DNA of 55,894 nucleotides from contig CAITID010000078.1 in NCBI GenBank assembly GCA_903892335.1, positions 1-55,894 on the forward strand, given 5' to 3'. Positions 33,382 through 42,363 of the stretch are shown piece by piece (position 1 is the stretch's first letter; every line of letters starts with the position of its first letter). The notes under the pieces were generated by a model that made no database searches, was not told where the DNA came from, and saw only the letters and a program-made list of their open reading frames with translations. This DNA comes from an uncultured Actinomycetes bacterium. Lineage in GTDB: Bacteria; Actinomycetota; Actinomycetes; Nanopelagicales; Nanopelagicaceae. Made by a program: the position numbers and the translations under genes.

Positions 33382-35214
33382 CTAGTTATCTATGCCCATG
33401 AGTTTTACCTGTTTTTCAAAATTGAGCGATAATTTTCTTACTTCGGAGAAAGTGCCTTCTGCTGCAATTTTACCGCCATCCATATACACAACTTTATCCG
33501 CGTTTATTACTGAAGAAAGTCTATGTGCGATCAAAATCACGGTGCACTTACCTTTAAGCTCTTTAATTGTTTGAGAAATAAGAGCTTCCGTTTCTCCGTC
33601 TAGAGCGCTGGTCGCCTCATCAAGAATTAATAGTTTTGGTGAAGAGAATAAAGCTCGCGCGATTCCCAGTCTTTGGCGTTGTCCACCACTTAACTGATTA
33701 CCAAACTCTCCGACATGCGTGTCAATTCCCAAAGGCAGAGTTTTTACAAATTCATCCAAATGTGCAACTTTAAGGGAGTTCCAAACTCTTTCATCATCTA
33801 AGGGATCAAATTCAAATCCTTGAGATATATTCTCTCGAATTGTAGTATTCATAATGTTAATATTCTGTGGTACGTAAGCTACAGCTCCGGGCCATCTAAC
33901 AAAAGCAGACAGTGGAGTTAACCCACTTATCTTTACTGAGTCGTTATCATTTGAAAAAACTCCTAAAATCAAGTCAACTAGTGTTGTTTTGCCCGCGCCA
34001 GATGAACCTGTGATTGCTACTTGAGAACCTGGTGCAATTTGGAGGTTTAAATTTTGGATAGAAAAATTTGAATTATTTTTATATCTGAAGGTTAAATCTT
34101 CTATAACGACCGAAGGTTGGAAGTTACTATGATCAAAGCTTTTTGGGGTACTAATTAATTTGTCGTGGTATCCAGATCTAGCAAAATCAATCATACTCAT
34201 CGTTTTTTCGACTGTACCTAGTCCAAGCCTTAGATAAATTGTACTTTGCTGAATCCTTAAAATTGCCGGGGCAATCCTAGTTGAAGCGGCCAAGAAGATA
34301 GCTAAACTTGCAATCGCTTGACTTGAATTATACAAAGCAAATTGAATGCCTGCTATTATAAATGAAGCAACGATCAAAGATATTTCAAATGCATATTTGC
34401 TTAAGTTAGGCATAAAATTTTTCTTTGCAGTAACAACCGCAAGATCCATCCTTAAATTAGTAATTTTTTCAATATAAAAGCTTCTACGATTTTTTACCAC
34501 TAATTCTCTATAAGAATTTAGGGCCTCGATAATACTCTCGTTACTATTCAATCCTAGGCGGGCTTCATCTATGCCTAATTTATAGGTGCTTGACTTCATG
34601 TATTTATTTAACGCTAATGCGACAAATGTAAAAATTATAAATATTGACAAGGAAATAGAAGTATTTACAAACAGTAAGCCCACGAAAAGTACAAAAAGAA
34701 GCACTAAGTCAGAGAATATCATTAGTGCGCTTCCAATTACCCTGGTTGTTAAATTCTCAACACCTAAAGTAGTTGAATAAATAATTTCCTGATTCGTATG
34801 TTTGTTTAGATCTGTGGCTGACTTAGAGAATAAATCACGAATTAAATTTGATGAAATTATAGCGCCTCGCCTGCTTACAAACAAAAGAGTTTTTCTAACT
34901 AAAAAAACAGAAACCACGGTTTTAAAGATTAAAACAAAAGCAGCGATTCCTCCTAGTACTGCAACTTGCTGTTGAAAGTTATACTGGTTTAAATTTGTTA
35001 AATCTAGGATTTGATTGACTCTGCTACCAGGTGATTTAGATTGAATTCCATACACAGAGAGTGCACCGATAACACCCAAAAGGGCCACGCCCAATAGGTC
35101 TAGAAATGCAAGGAAGACTTGGCTCAGTGCCACTAAAAGGAGTTTTTCTCTATCCCGTTTGTTATAAACGGATAAAATTTGTCTAAACTGTTTATAAACT
35201 GGAGGAATTCTCAT
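33382..35214 (-). CDS. ABC half-transporter, permease plus ATPase (MsbA/PglK-like, candidate glycan flippase)
   Basis: N-terminal TM domain, GSSGAGKTT, LSGGQRQR, ILDEATSALD and IAHR motifs; glycan-locus context. Confidence 0.88.
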   Translation of the reverse strand: MRIPPVYKQFRQILSVYNKRDREKLLLVALSQVFLAFLDLLGVALLGVIGALSVYGIQSKSPGSRVNQILDLTNLNQYNFQQQVAVLGGIAAFVLIFKTVVSVFLVRKTLLFVSRRGAIISSNLIRDLFSKSATDLNKHTNQEIIYSTTLGVENLTTRVIGSALMIFSDLVLLFVLFVGLLFVNTSISLSIFIIFTFVALALNKYMKSSTYKLGIDEARLGLNSNESIIEALNSYRELVVKNRRSFYIEKITNLRMDLAVVTAKKNFMPNLSKYAFEISLIVASFIIAGIQFALYNSSQAIASLAIFLAASTRIAPAILRIQQSTIYLRLGLGTVEKTMSMIDFARSGYHDKLISTPKSFDHSNFQPSVVIEDLTFRYKNNSNFSIQNLNLQIAPGSQVAITGSSGAGKTTLVDLILGVFSNDNDSVKISGLTPLSAFVRWPGAVAYVPQNINIMNTTIRENISQGFEFDPLDDERVWNSLKVAHLDEFVKTLPLGIDTHVGEFGNQLSGGQRQRLGIARALFSSPKLLILDEATSALDGETEALISQTIKELKGKCTVILIAHRLSSVINADKVVYMDGGKIAAEGTFSEVRKLSLNFEKQVKLMGIDN

Positions 35215-35223
35215 TTGTGAATT

Positions 35224-36318
35224 TTACCTTATCTGACAGAAGAGTGATTCGGTTATTAACTGAATTGATGAGTTATTAGCTAATTTTCGTCTTGATTCAT
35301 CAACTGCGTTAATTTTTTGAATGATTTTGCTGGCTACATTCACCGAATTCTCTGCACTTGTTAATTCTGATCTAAATTGATTTTGATACTCTAAAAAACT
35401 TTGATCTAGATAATCTTTTATCATTCTACTTGATCTAGTTTTTTGCTCCTTCTCTAACTCCTTAACTGCCTTACTTCCGCCCGTTGCCAACTTGCTTCCT
35501 GTTGTTCCATAAGACTCTTTTAACTTAACAAGTTCTGCTTCATCTCTAACCTCTAATTCAGCCATAGCTTGAGATTTTGCAAGTTCCACCAAAGTATTTG
35601 CTGCCTCAAAAGCAGATGCCAAATCCTTTACAGTAAATGGAATGTTTAAAATCTTCTCTCTCGTGTTTCTTGCTTCTTCATTTGTAGCTAGATACTTCGC
35701 GCGGCCGATATGCCCCCCAGCAGCATTTGCTGCAAACTCCGCCATTTTTGGATCAATCCCATCACGTTCAATCAACAGTTTAGTGACAGCCTTAATGGAT
35801 GGTGTGCGCAAGGTTAAGTGCCGGCACCTTGATCTAATTGTTGGAATCACATCTGTAAGAGTTGGGGCGCACAGCAACCAAACAGTTCTAGCGCCCGGCT
35901 CTTCTATTACTTTTAATAGTGCATTTGCTGCAGACTCTGTTAACCGATCAGCATCCTCAATTACAACAACCCGATAATTGCCCACAGAAGGTGACCAAGA
36001 AGTTCTAGTAATTAACTCTCTAACCTCATCAACCTTGATTGATAAACCTTCAGTCCGTACTAACTCAATATCCGCATGAGAGCCATCAATTACTGATGTG
36101 CAGTCAATGCAGTTACCACAACCACCTTTTTTACAAAGTAACCCAGATGCAAATGCAATTGCAGCATTTGATCTGCCAGAACCAGGAGGTCCAGTAAACA
36201 ACCAAGAGTGGGTCATGTTTTGAGAGCTATTCGTAGAGTCCTTTGAAGCAGCAATTGCTTCTTTTAGAGTTTTAATCACCGCTTCTTGATCAATTAAATT
36301 ATCAAATACTGAACTCAT
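35224..36318 (-). CDS. holB: DNA polymerase III subunit delta'
   Basis: HSWLFTGPPGSG, Cys cluster, ANALLK.IEEP and TIRSRC motifs; downstream of tmk. Confidence 0.93.
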   Translation of the reverse strand: MSSVFDNLIDQEAVIKTLKEAIAASKDSTNSSQNMTHSWLFTGPPGSGRSNAAIAFASGLLCKKGGCGNCIDCTSVIDGSHADIELVRTEGLSIKVDEVRELITRTSWSPSVGNYRVVVIEDADRLTESAANALLKVIEEPGARTVWLLCAPTLTDVIPTIRSRCRHLTLRTPSIKAVTKLLIERDGIDPKMAEFAANAAGGHIGRAKYLATNEEARNTREKILNIPFTVKDLASAFEAANTLVELAKSQAMAELEVRDEAELVKLKESYGTTGSKLATGGSKAVKELEKEQKTRSSRMIKDYLDQSFLEYQNQFRSELTSAENSVNVASKIIQKINAVDESRRKLANNSSIQLITESLFCQIR

Positions 36319-38333
36319 TTTTTTACTTTTTCTTTTAATGCAGCAAGAGTTGAAACTCTTTCAATTATCGAGGAATGAATTTGTTCAATACTTTGTCTAG
36401 CATCGACTACTAGATATCGCTCTGGATCTACTTGAGCCATGTTTAGATACTCTTGGCGCACACGTTCGTGAAAGTTAAGTGGTTCAGATTCAAGCCGATC
36501 GGTTGTGTGCAGGCGGCCTAAACCAATTTCAGCAGGTAGATCTAAAATAATTGTTAGAGATGGCGTTAATGACTCAGTCGCCCAACGCGAAATGCGAGAG
36601 ACCTCAGATGGAAGTAGAACTCGACCTGCGCCTTGATAAGCAATAGATGAATCAATATAGCGATCAGTAATTACAACCTCACCACGATCTAGTGCTGGTC
36701 GAATAACAGAGTAAACATGGTGTGCACGATCTGCTGCATACATAAGCGCTTCAGATCTTGGACTGATTACTCCTGTGTTGTTATCTAACAAAATCTGTCT
36801 TATTTGATTACCAAGTGTTGTGCCACCGGGTTCGCGGGTTAGAACAACTGTCTCACCCTGCTTTTCCAACCATTCTTTTAATAATTTTGTCTGTGTAGAT
36901 TTACCAGCACCTTCGCCACCTTCAAAGGAAATAAACAAACCCTTTGTGATGTTTCCTGTGATGGCCCCTAAATCACCACGAAGTGATGATAACAAATCAC
37001 TCCAAAGTGAAACATTTGGGCGATCTCGCATCTGCCGGTAAGAGATGATGCCAACAACCATGCCAATTAAGCCAGCGGCAAACATCGTAAATGCTGCACC
37101 GTTATAAGTAACCGATGTGGTTCTAAAGGAGAATGTGTGTTTTCCAATAGCCGCCGCTACAAGTGGTGCGATTGCTAAAACCAAAACAAGTGATACGCGA
37201 ACTAAGGATTGTACAAACGCAAAGGTGCGCCCGCGAACTTCATCGGCAACTTCCATGCCAAGCATGGTGAAACCTGTAACCCATGAGATACCGGCAAATG
37301 CGCCAAGTAATACAACAATAAATATTGCAAGAACTAGGTTTAAAACTAAAGAGAGTAAAACTAAAAGCAGGCTTGAAATGGTTAAAGATGCACCAAATAA
37401 ACGCCGGCGCGAGAACTGAGCAAATACCTTTGGTCCAAATGAAATACCTAACGCCAGGCCGGTAAATACTGCGCCAAATAAAACACCGTACGCAGCCTCG
37501 CCAGCTTGTAGATCATCAACAAAGGTTCTAGCTAAACCAATTACCGCACCCGCTGCAAAGAATGCACCAAGCATTCCAATAATTAGGCCGCGGATAATCT
37601 TTGAACCTTTAATGAATTCAAAGCCTTCAAGGAGTGCTCTGCCAACTCCAGGAGATGCCTCCGTTGTTGCAGCACCTGGTGGAATCTCTCTTAGCTTCCA
37701 AACAATGTAGGCGCAGTATAAAAAGCTAAATGAGTTTATATACAGTGCAATATCCGCCGCACTTGCTGGAGTTGTGTTACCAAGTGCTGAGTTAATCGCA
37801 CCAGAAAAAATTGCAAGGAGTGAGAAAATGATTGCCGCAATTGGCGCAGTTCCATACGAAGCAAGAAGTGAAACCTGATTAGCGCTCTCTAATTTATGTT
37901 TTGGAACCAAATTTGGAACTGAAGCCTCTTTAGCTGGTGACCAAAATAAAGTAACAGTTTCAACCAAAATGGTTGCGGTGTAGAGCCAAAAGTAATTTCC
38001 AACAATTGGTATTGACGCGTAGAGTGCAAACCGAAGCACATCACAGGTAACCATTAACTTACGTCGATCAAACCTATCTGCAATCACACCGGCAAATGGT
38101 CCAAGAATTACCGCAGGAAGAAGCCGAACAATAAAAACACCAGCAATTGCAAAGTTAGCTTTTGCATAGTCTCCACCAGATAACTGTTGAGCTAGCGCTG
38201 TTGATGCTAATAACCCAAGCCAATCACCAAAGGATGAAAATGCCATTGCATTCCATAACTTGCGAAATGCAGGAATTGCAAGGACGCTACGGGATTCGGA
38301 ATTAGTAGGGTTTGCTATATAAGGTAAAGCCAC
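36315..38333 (-). CDS. tmk: MFS transporter-thymidylate kinase fusion
   Basis: About 12-TM MFS N-terminus (ADRFDRR), then FISFEGGEGAGKST, TREPGG and DRYIDSS.AYQG. Confidence 0.94.
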   Translation of the reverse strand: MALPYIANPTNSESRSVLAIPAFRKLWNAMAFSSFGDWLGLLASTALAQQLSGGDYAKANFAIAGVFIVRLLPAVILGPFAGVIADRFDRRKLMVTCDVLRFALYASIPIVGNYFWLYTATILVETVTLFWSPAKEASVPNLVPKHKLESANQVSLLASYGTAPIAAIIFSLLAIFSGAINSALGNTTPASAADIALYINSFSFLYCAYIVWKLREIPPGAATTEASPGVGRALLEGFEFIKGSKIIRGLIIGMLGAFFAAGAVIGLARTFVDDLQAGEAAYGVLFGAVFTGLALGISFGPKVFAQFSRRRLFGASLTISSLLLVLLSLVLNLVLAIFIVVLLGAFAGISWVTGFTMLGMEVADEVRGRTFAFVQSLVRVSLVLVLAIAPLVAAAIGKHTFSFRTTSVTYNGAAFTMFAAGLIGMVVGIISYRQMRDRPNVSLWSDLLSSLRGDLGAITGNITKGLFISFEGGEGAGKSTQTKLLKEWLEKQGETVVLTREPGGTTLGNQIRQILLDNNTGVISPRSEALMYAADRAHHVYSVIRPALDRGEVVITDRYIDSSIAYQGAGRVLLPSEVSRISRWATESLTPSLTIILDLPAEIGLGRLHTTDRLESEPLNFHERVRQEYLNMAQVDPERYLVVDARQSIEQIHSSIIERVSTLAALKEKVKK

Positions 38334-38365
38334 TTCCCAAGGATACCTTTTTGTTTAAGTGAAGT

Positions 38366-38501
38366 TGATTTCTAGGATTTAAAGTTTCAGTGGGTGTTAA
38401 TTCCTCTAGAATTGGCCTAATCAACAACATGTGGTCCACAGCGTTGATTCTCTAGGGCAAAAAAGGCGCTTTCCTGAAACACCAAAAGTCCTATAAAATC
38501 A
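38366..38501. repeat. Long nested imperfect inverted repeat (rod-like hairpin)
   Basis: Nested arms TGATTT/AAATCA, TAGGATTT/AAGTCCTA, GTTTCAG/CTGAAAC, GGGTGTT/GGCGCTT (G-U rich), CTAGA/TCTAG, AATCAAC/GTTGATT and TGTGG/CCACA. Confidence 0.6.
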
Positions 38502-38506
38502 TTGCC

Positions 38507-38863
38507 GTGATTCTTGGAATTGGAATAGACATTGTTGATATTGCTAGGTTTACAAAAACTTCTAAGTCCCCTCGATTTAAATTGAAGTATTTTTCATCTA
38601 GCGAACAAAGTCTTCCTGATCAAAGTTTAGCTGGGCACTTTGCTGCACGTGAAGCATTCTTTAAGGCTCTTGATCAGCAAGGTTTGTTCAACGAAAAAAA
38701 CTTAGAGGTCACCAATGATAGTAGTGGTAAACCGAAGTTTATTTTTTTTGGTGAACTACGAAAGTATGCTGAAGACAAGTTTGTTTATTTGAGTATCTCT
38801 CACTGTACTGAGTATGCAGTCGCAATGGTAGTTATCGAAAACTTGAAAGTTAAAATCTTATAA
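38507..38863 (+). CDS. acpS: Holo-ACP synthase (4'-phosphopantetheinyl transferase)
   Basis: GIGIDIVDIARF, LAGHFAAREAFFKA, GKP and LSISH motifs. Confidence 0.9.
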   Translation: MILGIGIDIVDIARFTKTSKSPRFKLKYFSSSEQSLPDQSLAGHFAAREAFFKALDQQGLFNEKNLEVTNDSSGKPKFIFFGELRKYAEDKFVYLSISHCTEYAVAMVVIENLKVKIL

Positions 38864-40139
38864 TTTTCGATTTTTGAAGTATTTTTGCTTGTTCATAAAC
38901 TTCTTCTATTTCTCTGTTTAATAGATTCGCAATATCTATTAATGATTTAGATCCGTCTGAATATGAAATAATGTCCATCCGAAACCTTATTTCTTTCTGA
39001 GGACTTTTTGTGGATAGAGAGGGATATAAGTTGCGTTTACTTAACATCGGTTCTCCCAAGAAAAAACTTTTAGGAGTCATGTTCCACTCGATAGCCTGGG
39101 TTACTTTCTTAACTAGATTAAAACCACCTTTAAGCCCGGAGGGTGTTACTACATGAATTAGATCATCAAGGCTTGTGTGGTACTCAGGATAATCCCCGTA
39201 CTTCGTTCGCATCAAAGAAGCTATCGGTAAATCTAGGCCAGGCGCGCAGTATTGTCTTTCATCGCTTCCCCTCTCCAGCCATGAGTATGTTTTGTACCCT
39301 GGGAAACAGTTATTGAGAATGTGTAAGGCGGCTTTATCGCTGAGAGTGTCCCCTTTTCTGCTCGGTAGATAAGAATAGTTACGATCATCTCCGATGCAAG
39401 TTAGGTTGAATCCAGCAATAATATTTTTCTTCATCCTCTTATAATTCTTTTGTAAATATGTGAGTGATCCTATTGTTTCTGGTAAAAACACGAATCTATA
39501 ACTATAGAAAAGATCGTTTCTACTAAGTAGATACTTTGCGAGAAATGTGCTTACAGTAATGCCGGAGATCTCATTATTTGCCATGGAAGGATGACATGTA
39601 TAAGTTGAGAAGAAGACTTCCTTTTTGCTCTTTCCAGGGATGAAAATTTCACCAATAAGTAGTTCTCCGGGAACTGTAGATGTCGATATGCATATTTTGT
39701 AATCGCCCTCTTTTAAGGCTAATTTTTGGTCATGTGACAAACAAAATCCCCACCTCGACTCATAGTACGAAGTAATGTATGGAATGGCATTCGGTTGATC
39801 CGGTAATGAGTGCAGATAAGGCAACAAGTCTTGGAGTGTCAACGTCTTCTCTACAGATTCACTGTAGCCAACTAAATGCAAGTTGTTTTCATGAAAATCA
39901 CAGATTTTTGCTCCATTTGGATCAACAATATAAGCATAATTAACGTTCCATTCGTTTGGAATTTTCCAATCAAAAACTTTTTGACCTGACTTGAAAGTCA
40001 ATACTTCTAATTCAGGAAGCTCTCCCTTTATAAAATCTAAAGTTTCCCGCACGCCATCTCCAGTTAAACTACGATTTAGAGGCCATATAAGTTTTGCAAA
40101 ATCATGCATTTCAGTGCCACTGAATTCAGTATCCATCAA
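38850..40139 (-). CDS. DUF4910-type aminopeptidase-like protein (M28-like fold with C-terminal wHTH)
   Basis: RSLTGDG, DWKIPNEW, NLHLVGYS, CHPSMANNE.SG, GSDERQY and YPEYHTS.D motifs. Confidence 0.85.
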   Translation of the reverse strand: MMDTEFSGTEMHDFAKLIWPLNRSLTGDGVRETLDFIKGELPELEVLTFKSGQKVFDWKIPNEWNVNYAYIVDPNGAKICDFHENNLHLVGYSESVEKTLTLQDLLPYLHSLPDQPNAIPYITSYYESRWGFCLSHDQKLALKEGDYKICISTSTVPGELLIGEIFIPGKSKKEVFFSTYTCHPSMANNEISGITVSTFLAKYLLSRNDLFYSYRFVFLPETIGSLTYLQKNYKRMKKNIIAGFNLTCIGDDRNYSYLPSRKGDTLSDKAALHILNNCFPGYKTYSWLERGSDERQYCAPGLDLPIASLMRTKYGDYPEYHTSLDDLIHVVTPSGLKGGFNLVKKVTQAIEWNMTPKSFFLGEPMLSKRNLYPSLSTKSPQKEIRFRMDIISYSDGSKSLIDIANLLNREIEEVYEQAKILQKSKIIRF

Positions 40140-40148
40140 AAACCCGTC

Positions 40149-40580
40149 CTACTTTGCAATCAGTTCAATTATTGTTAAATCTTTGGAAACAAAAAATTGC
40201 ACATGTGAGCCACCGAACGCCTTGGCCGGCCTGCTTTCACTTATCGACTTTAAGTTAAGTGTTTTCGCAGTTTGAGAAAAATCATTCGAGAGAAAACCAA
40301 TGTGGTAAAGTCCGGGACGTTTTGTCAGGATGGAACTTATTGGATTATTAGCGTTGTCAATCGGTGACACAATTTCGAGTCGAGTCTCAGAGTTTTCCGC
40401 TTTATAAAACTTCACTGAAACTCCCAAAATTTCATCATGAATTAATTCGGATTCTGCAATAAACCCAATTAATTGAAATAACTTCTCAGTTTCTTCAATA
40501 TTTTTCGTCGCGTAACCAAAATGATGAATTTCATAGTCCTTACCAATGTTCATAAAGTTTCCAGCAGTGTCTTTATGCAT
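40149..40580 (-). CDS. VOC family protein (methylmalonyl-CoA epimerase/glyoxalase-like)
   Basis: Four metal-ligand positions HHFGY, LEIVSP, GLYHIGF and IIELI. The true start may be the second Met (40553). Confidence 0.8.
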   Translation of the reverse strand: MHKDTAGNFMNIGKDYEIHHFGYATKNIEETEKLFQLIGFIAESELIHDEILGVSVKFYKAENSETRLEIVSPIDNANNPISSILTKRPGLYHIGFLSNDFSQTAKTLNLKSISESRPAKAFGGSHVQFFVSKDLTIIELIAK

Positions 40581-40774
40581 GAGTTAAAATCGTATATTTC
40601 GGAACTTGCAGAGTTTGTGAATTCTATTGCAAATTCATCTTCTAATTCTAGGACCAGTTCGATATGTTTTAAACTATCCCACTCTGGGGAAACTTTTTTG
40701 TTTAACGCAGTTATATTCTCAGTTTCGAATACTTTCTTAAATACCTTTTCAGCCCTACTTTCTATGGGTTTCAT
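40550..40774 (-). CDS. Acyl carrier protein
   Basis: 74 aa, acidic, with WDSL phosphopantetheine serine and LEDEFAIEF. Confidence 0.88.
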   Translation of the reverse strand: MKPIESRAEKVFKKVFETENITALNKKVSPEWDSLKHIELVLELEDEFAIEFTNSASSEIYDFNSCIKTLLETL

Positions 40775-42363
40775 GCTTCACCAAATGTATTTAAAACTTG
40801 CTTTGAGAACAGATTGTTAAGTTTGTAAAGTCCTGACGCATTCAAATCAGAAAACCATTCTTGAAGAAAATGATTTGCTGGTACGTTTCTGTTCGACGCA
40901 CTGTAGTTGATTCGTATTTCTGTTTTAGCGTCAGACTCTTGCTCATTCCTCAAGACATCAAGCATGGACTTAAAAATATATTTCTCGATTCCCCGACCTA
41001 AGGCTCTGCACGATATCACAAACTCACTAATTTCGATAATGTTTCCGTGCACTTTTGAGTAAAGCAAAGCACTAATTATGCCACTATCTGAGAAAATATC
41101 TGAGACGCTGGATACCAATATTTTAACAACACCCAAATCTTCATGATAATTGATCTCGGTTCTACGATTCGAAAAGTTAAACTGATTGGTTTTCTTAAAC
41201 AATTCTTCAGCTCGTTCATATTCTTTTTGCAACTTCGCTGGTTTAGTAACGATTTTAGTTTTCATTCTTTTCAGTACCTCATCGTTATTCTCTGCCATTT
41301 CGATATGTGTGCGCCTTTGTTTATTTGCTTTTATATCTGCCGACCGTTGCTCACTCGAAATTAAATTGGAATTTTGAATTGAAAACAAGTCCAACCCTAG
41401 AATTTTATTTAACTTCTCTGAATCGGCTGCATTTACCAGTAGCATTCTAGGAAAGGACAGTGCAACTTCAGCCAACTCTCGAGGATTGTCATCTAAAAAT
41501 ACAATGGACTCCTCGTCTATATTGAGTTGACTTAATATTTCATCAATTCCCACGGTTTTACTTGCCCAGTTTGCAACGATGCACGTAAAATTATTCTTTG
41601 GCAAGGAGATAATCTCAGGAGCATTGAAAAGGGATTCTACTTCTGAATTATTGTTTTTTGACATAATATTTAGCAGTACGCCATTAGTATAAAGTGCTCC
41701 GAGTTTTTTCTGTATATTTCTTTGTTGTTCTGAAACTTTCAGATTCTCAATTAAATCCTCGCCTAGAACTCCAGAATACAAAGTGTTATCAAGATCAGTA
41801 ATTATGGCTTTGATTTTTGGATTAAATAGTAGCGGTCCAATATTCTGCCCAATAGAAGTTACGATTTCCAAAATTTGATTTTTTGAATACCCTAAATCTA
41901 GATTTTTAGTTGATTTATCGTCATGGGATGGTTCGATTAATCGCACCCATGGCAGTCTTTTAATGACTTGATCTTTGAACTTAGTCAATTCCTTGGATCC
42001 AAAATTTGGAAGTACGAGGTAAGTTTTGTTTTGAAAATCTGAAAAGGAACTAAGTTCATCCAAATACTGCTCTTGGTTCAAGATTCTATTCCAATTTATC
42101 CAAATGATCACTGGATTATCGTGGGATTTTGGAAAGGAAATTAATGAATCATCATAGTTTGAGCATTCTATTGACAAATCAAGACTGAAGGATTTTGCAA
42201 TTCTTACTGAGTGACTTAAGTATGGCTCCCAAGCTTCATTCCTTAGACAAAATATTTTACCAGTGTATAAATTTTCAGAGTCGTTGTTGGTGGCATCTCG
42301 CATTCGGATTATTCTTTCACCAATTGGGTTTTGATAATTATAGAATTTGCTAGGTAAGCTCAA
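40771..42363 (-). CDS. FkbH-like HAD-IIIC glyceryl transferase/phosphatase
   Basis: DLDNTL.GVLGED, SKN, FLDDNPRE, KTNQFN and SCRALGRGIE motifs. Confidence 0.9.
   Translation of the reverse strand: MSLPSKFYNYQNPIGERIIRMRDATNNDSENLYTGKIFCLRNEAWEPYLSHSVRIAKSFSLDLSIECSNYDDSLISFPKSHDNPVIIWINWNRILNQEQYLDELSSFSDFQNKTYLVLPNFGSKELTKFKDQVIKRLPWVRLIEPSHDDKSTKNLDLGYSKNQILEIVTSIGQNIGPLLFNPKIKAIITDLDNTLYSGVLGEDLIENLKVSEQQRNIQKKLGALYTNGVLLNIMSKNNNSEVESLFNAPEIISLPKNNFTCIVANWASKTVGIDEILSQLNIDEESIVFLDDNPRELAEVALSFPRMLLVNAADSEKLNKILGLDLFSIQNSNLISSEQRSADIKANKQRRTHIEMAENNDEVLKRMKTKIVTKPAKLQKEYERAEELFKKTNQFNFSNRRTEINYHEDLGVVKILVSSVSDIFSDSGIISALLYSKVHGNIIEISEFVISCRALGRGIEKYIFKSMLDVLRNEQESDAKTEIRINYSASNRNVPANHFLQEWFSDLNASGLYKLNNLFSKQVLNTFGEA

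Larger units (their letters stand above)
23790..35220. other. AT-rich glycan-biosynthesis island, block A
   Basis: Visible drop in GC, mixed gene orientation and sugar-pathway gene content between the core helicase and holB. No integrase. Boundaries are approximate. Confidence 0.8.

Noticed and set aside
38432-38440. DnaA-box-like TGGTCCACA
   Set aside because: It is a single mismatched copy with no box cluster, and is better explained as the apex of the inverted repeat.
27091-38749. Homopolymer runs (T8 27091-27098, A8 27392-27399, T8 38742-38749) as contingency loci
   Set aside because: The ORFs are intact, such runs are expected at this AT content, and there are no long poly-G/C tracts.
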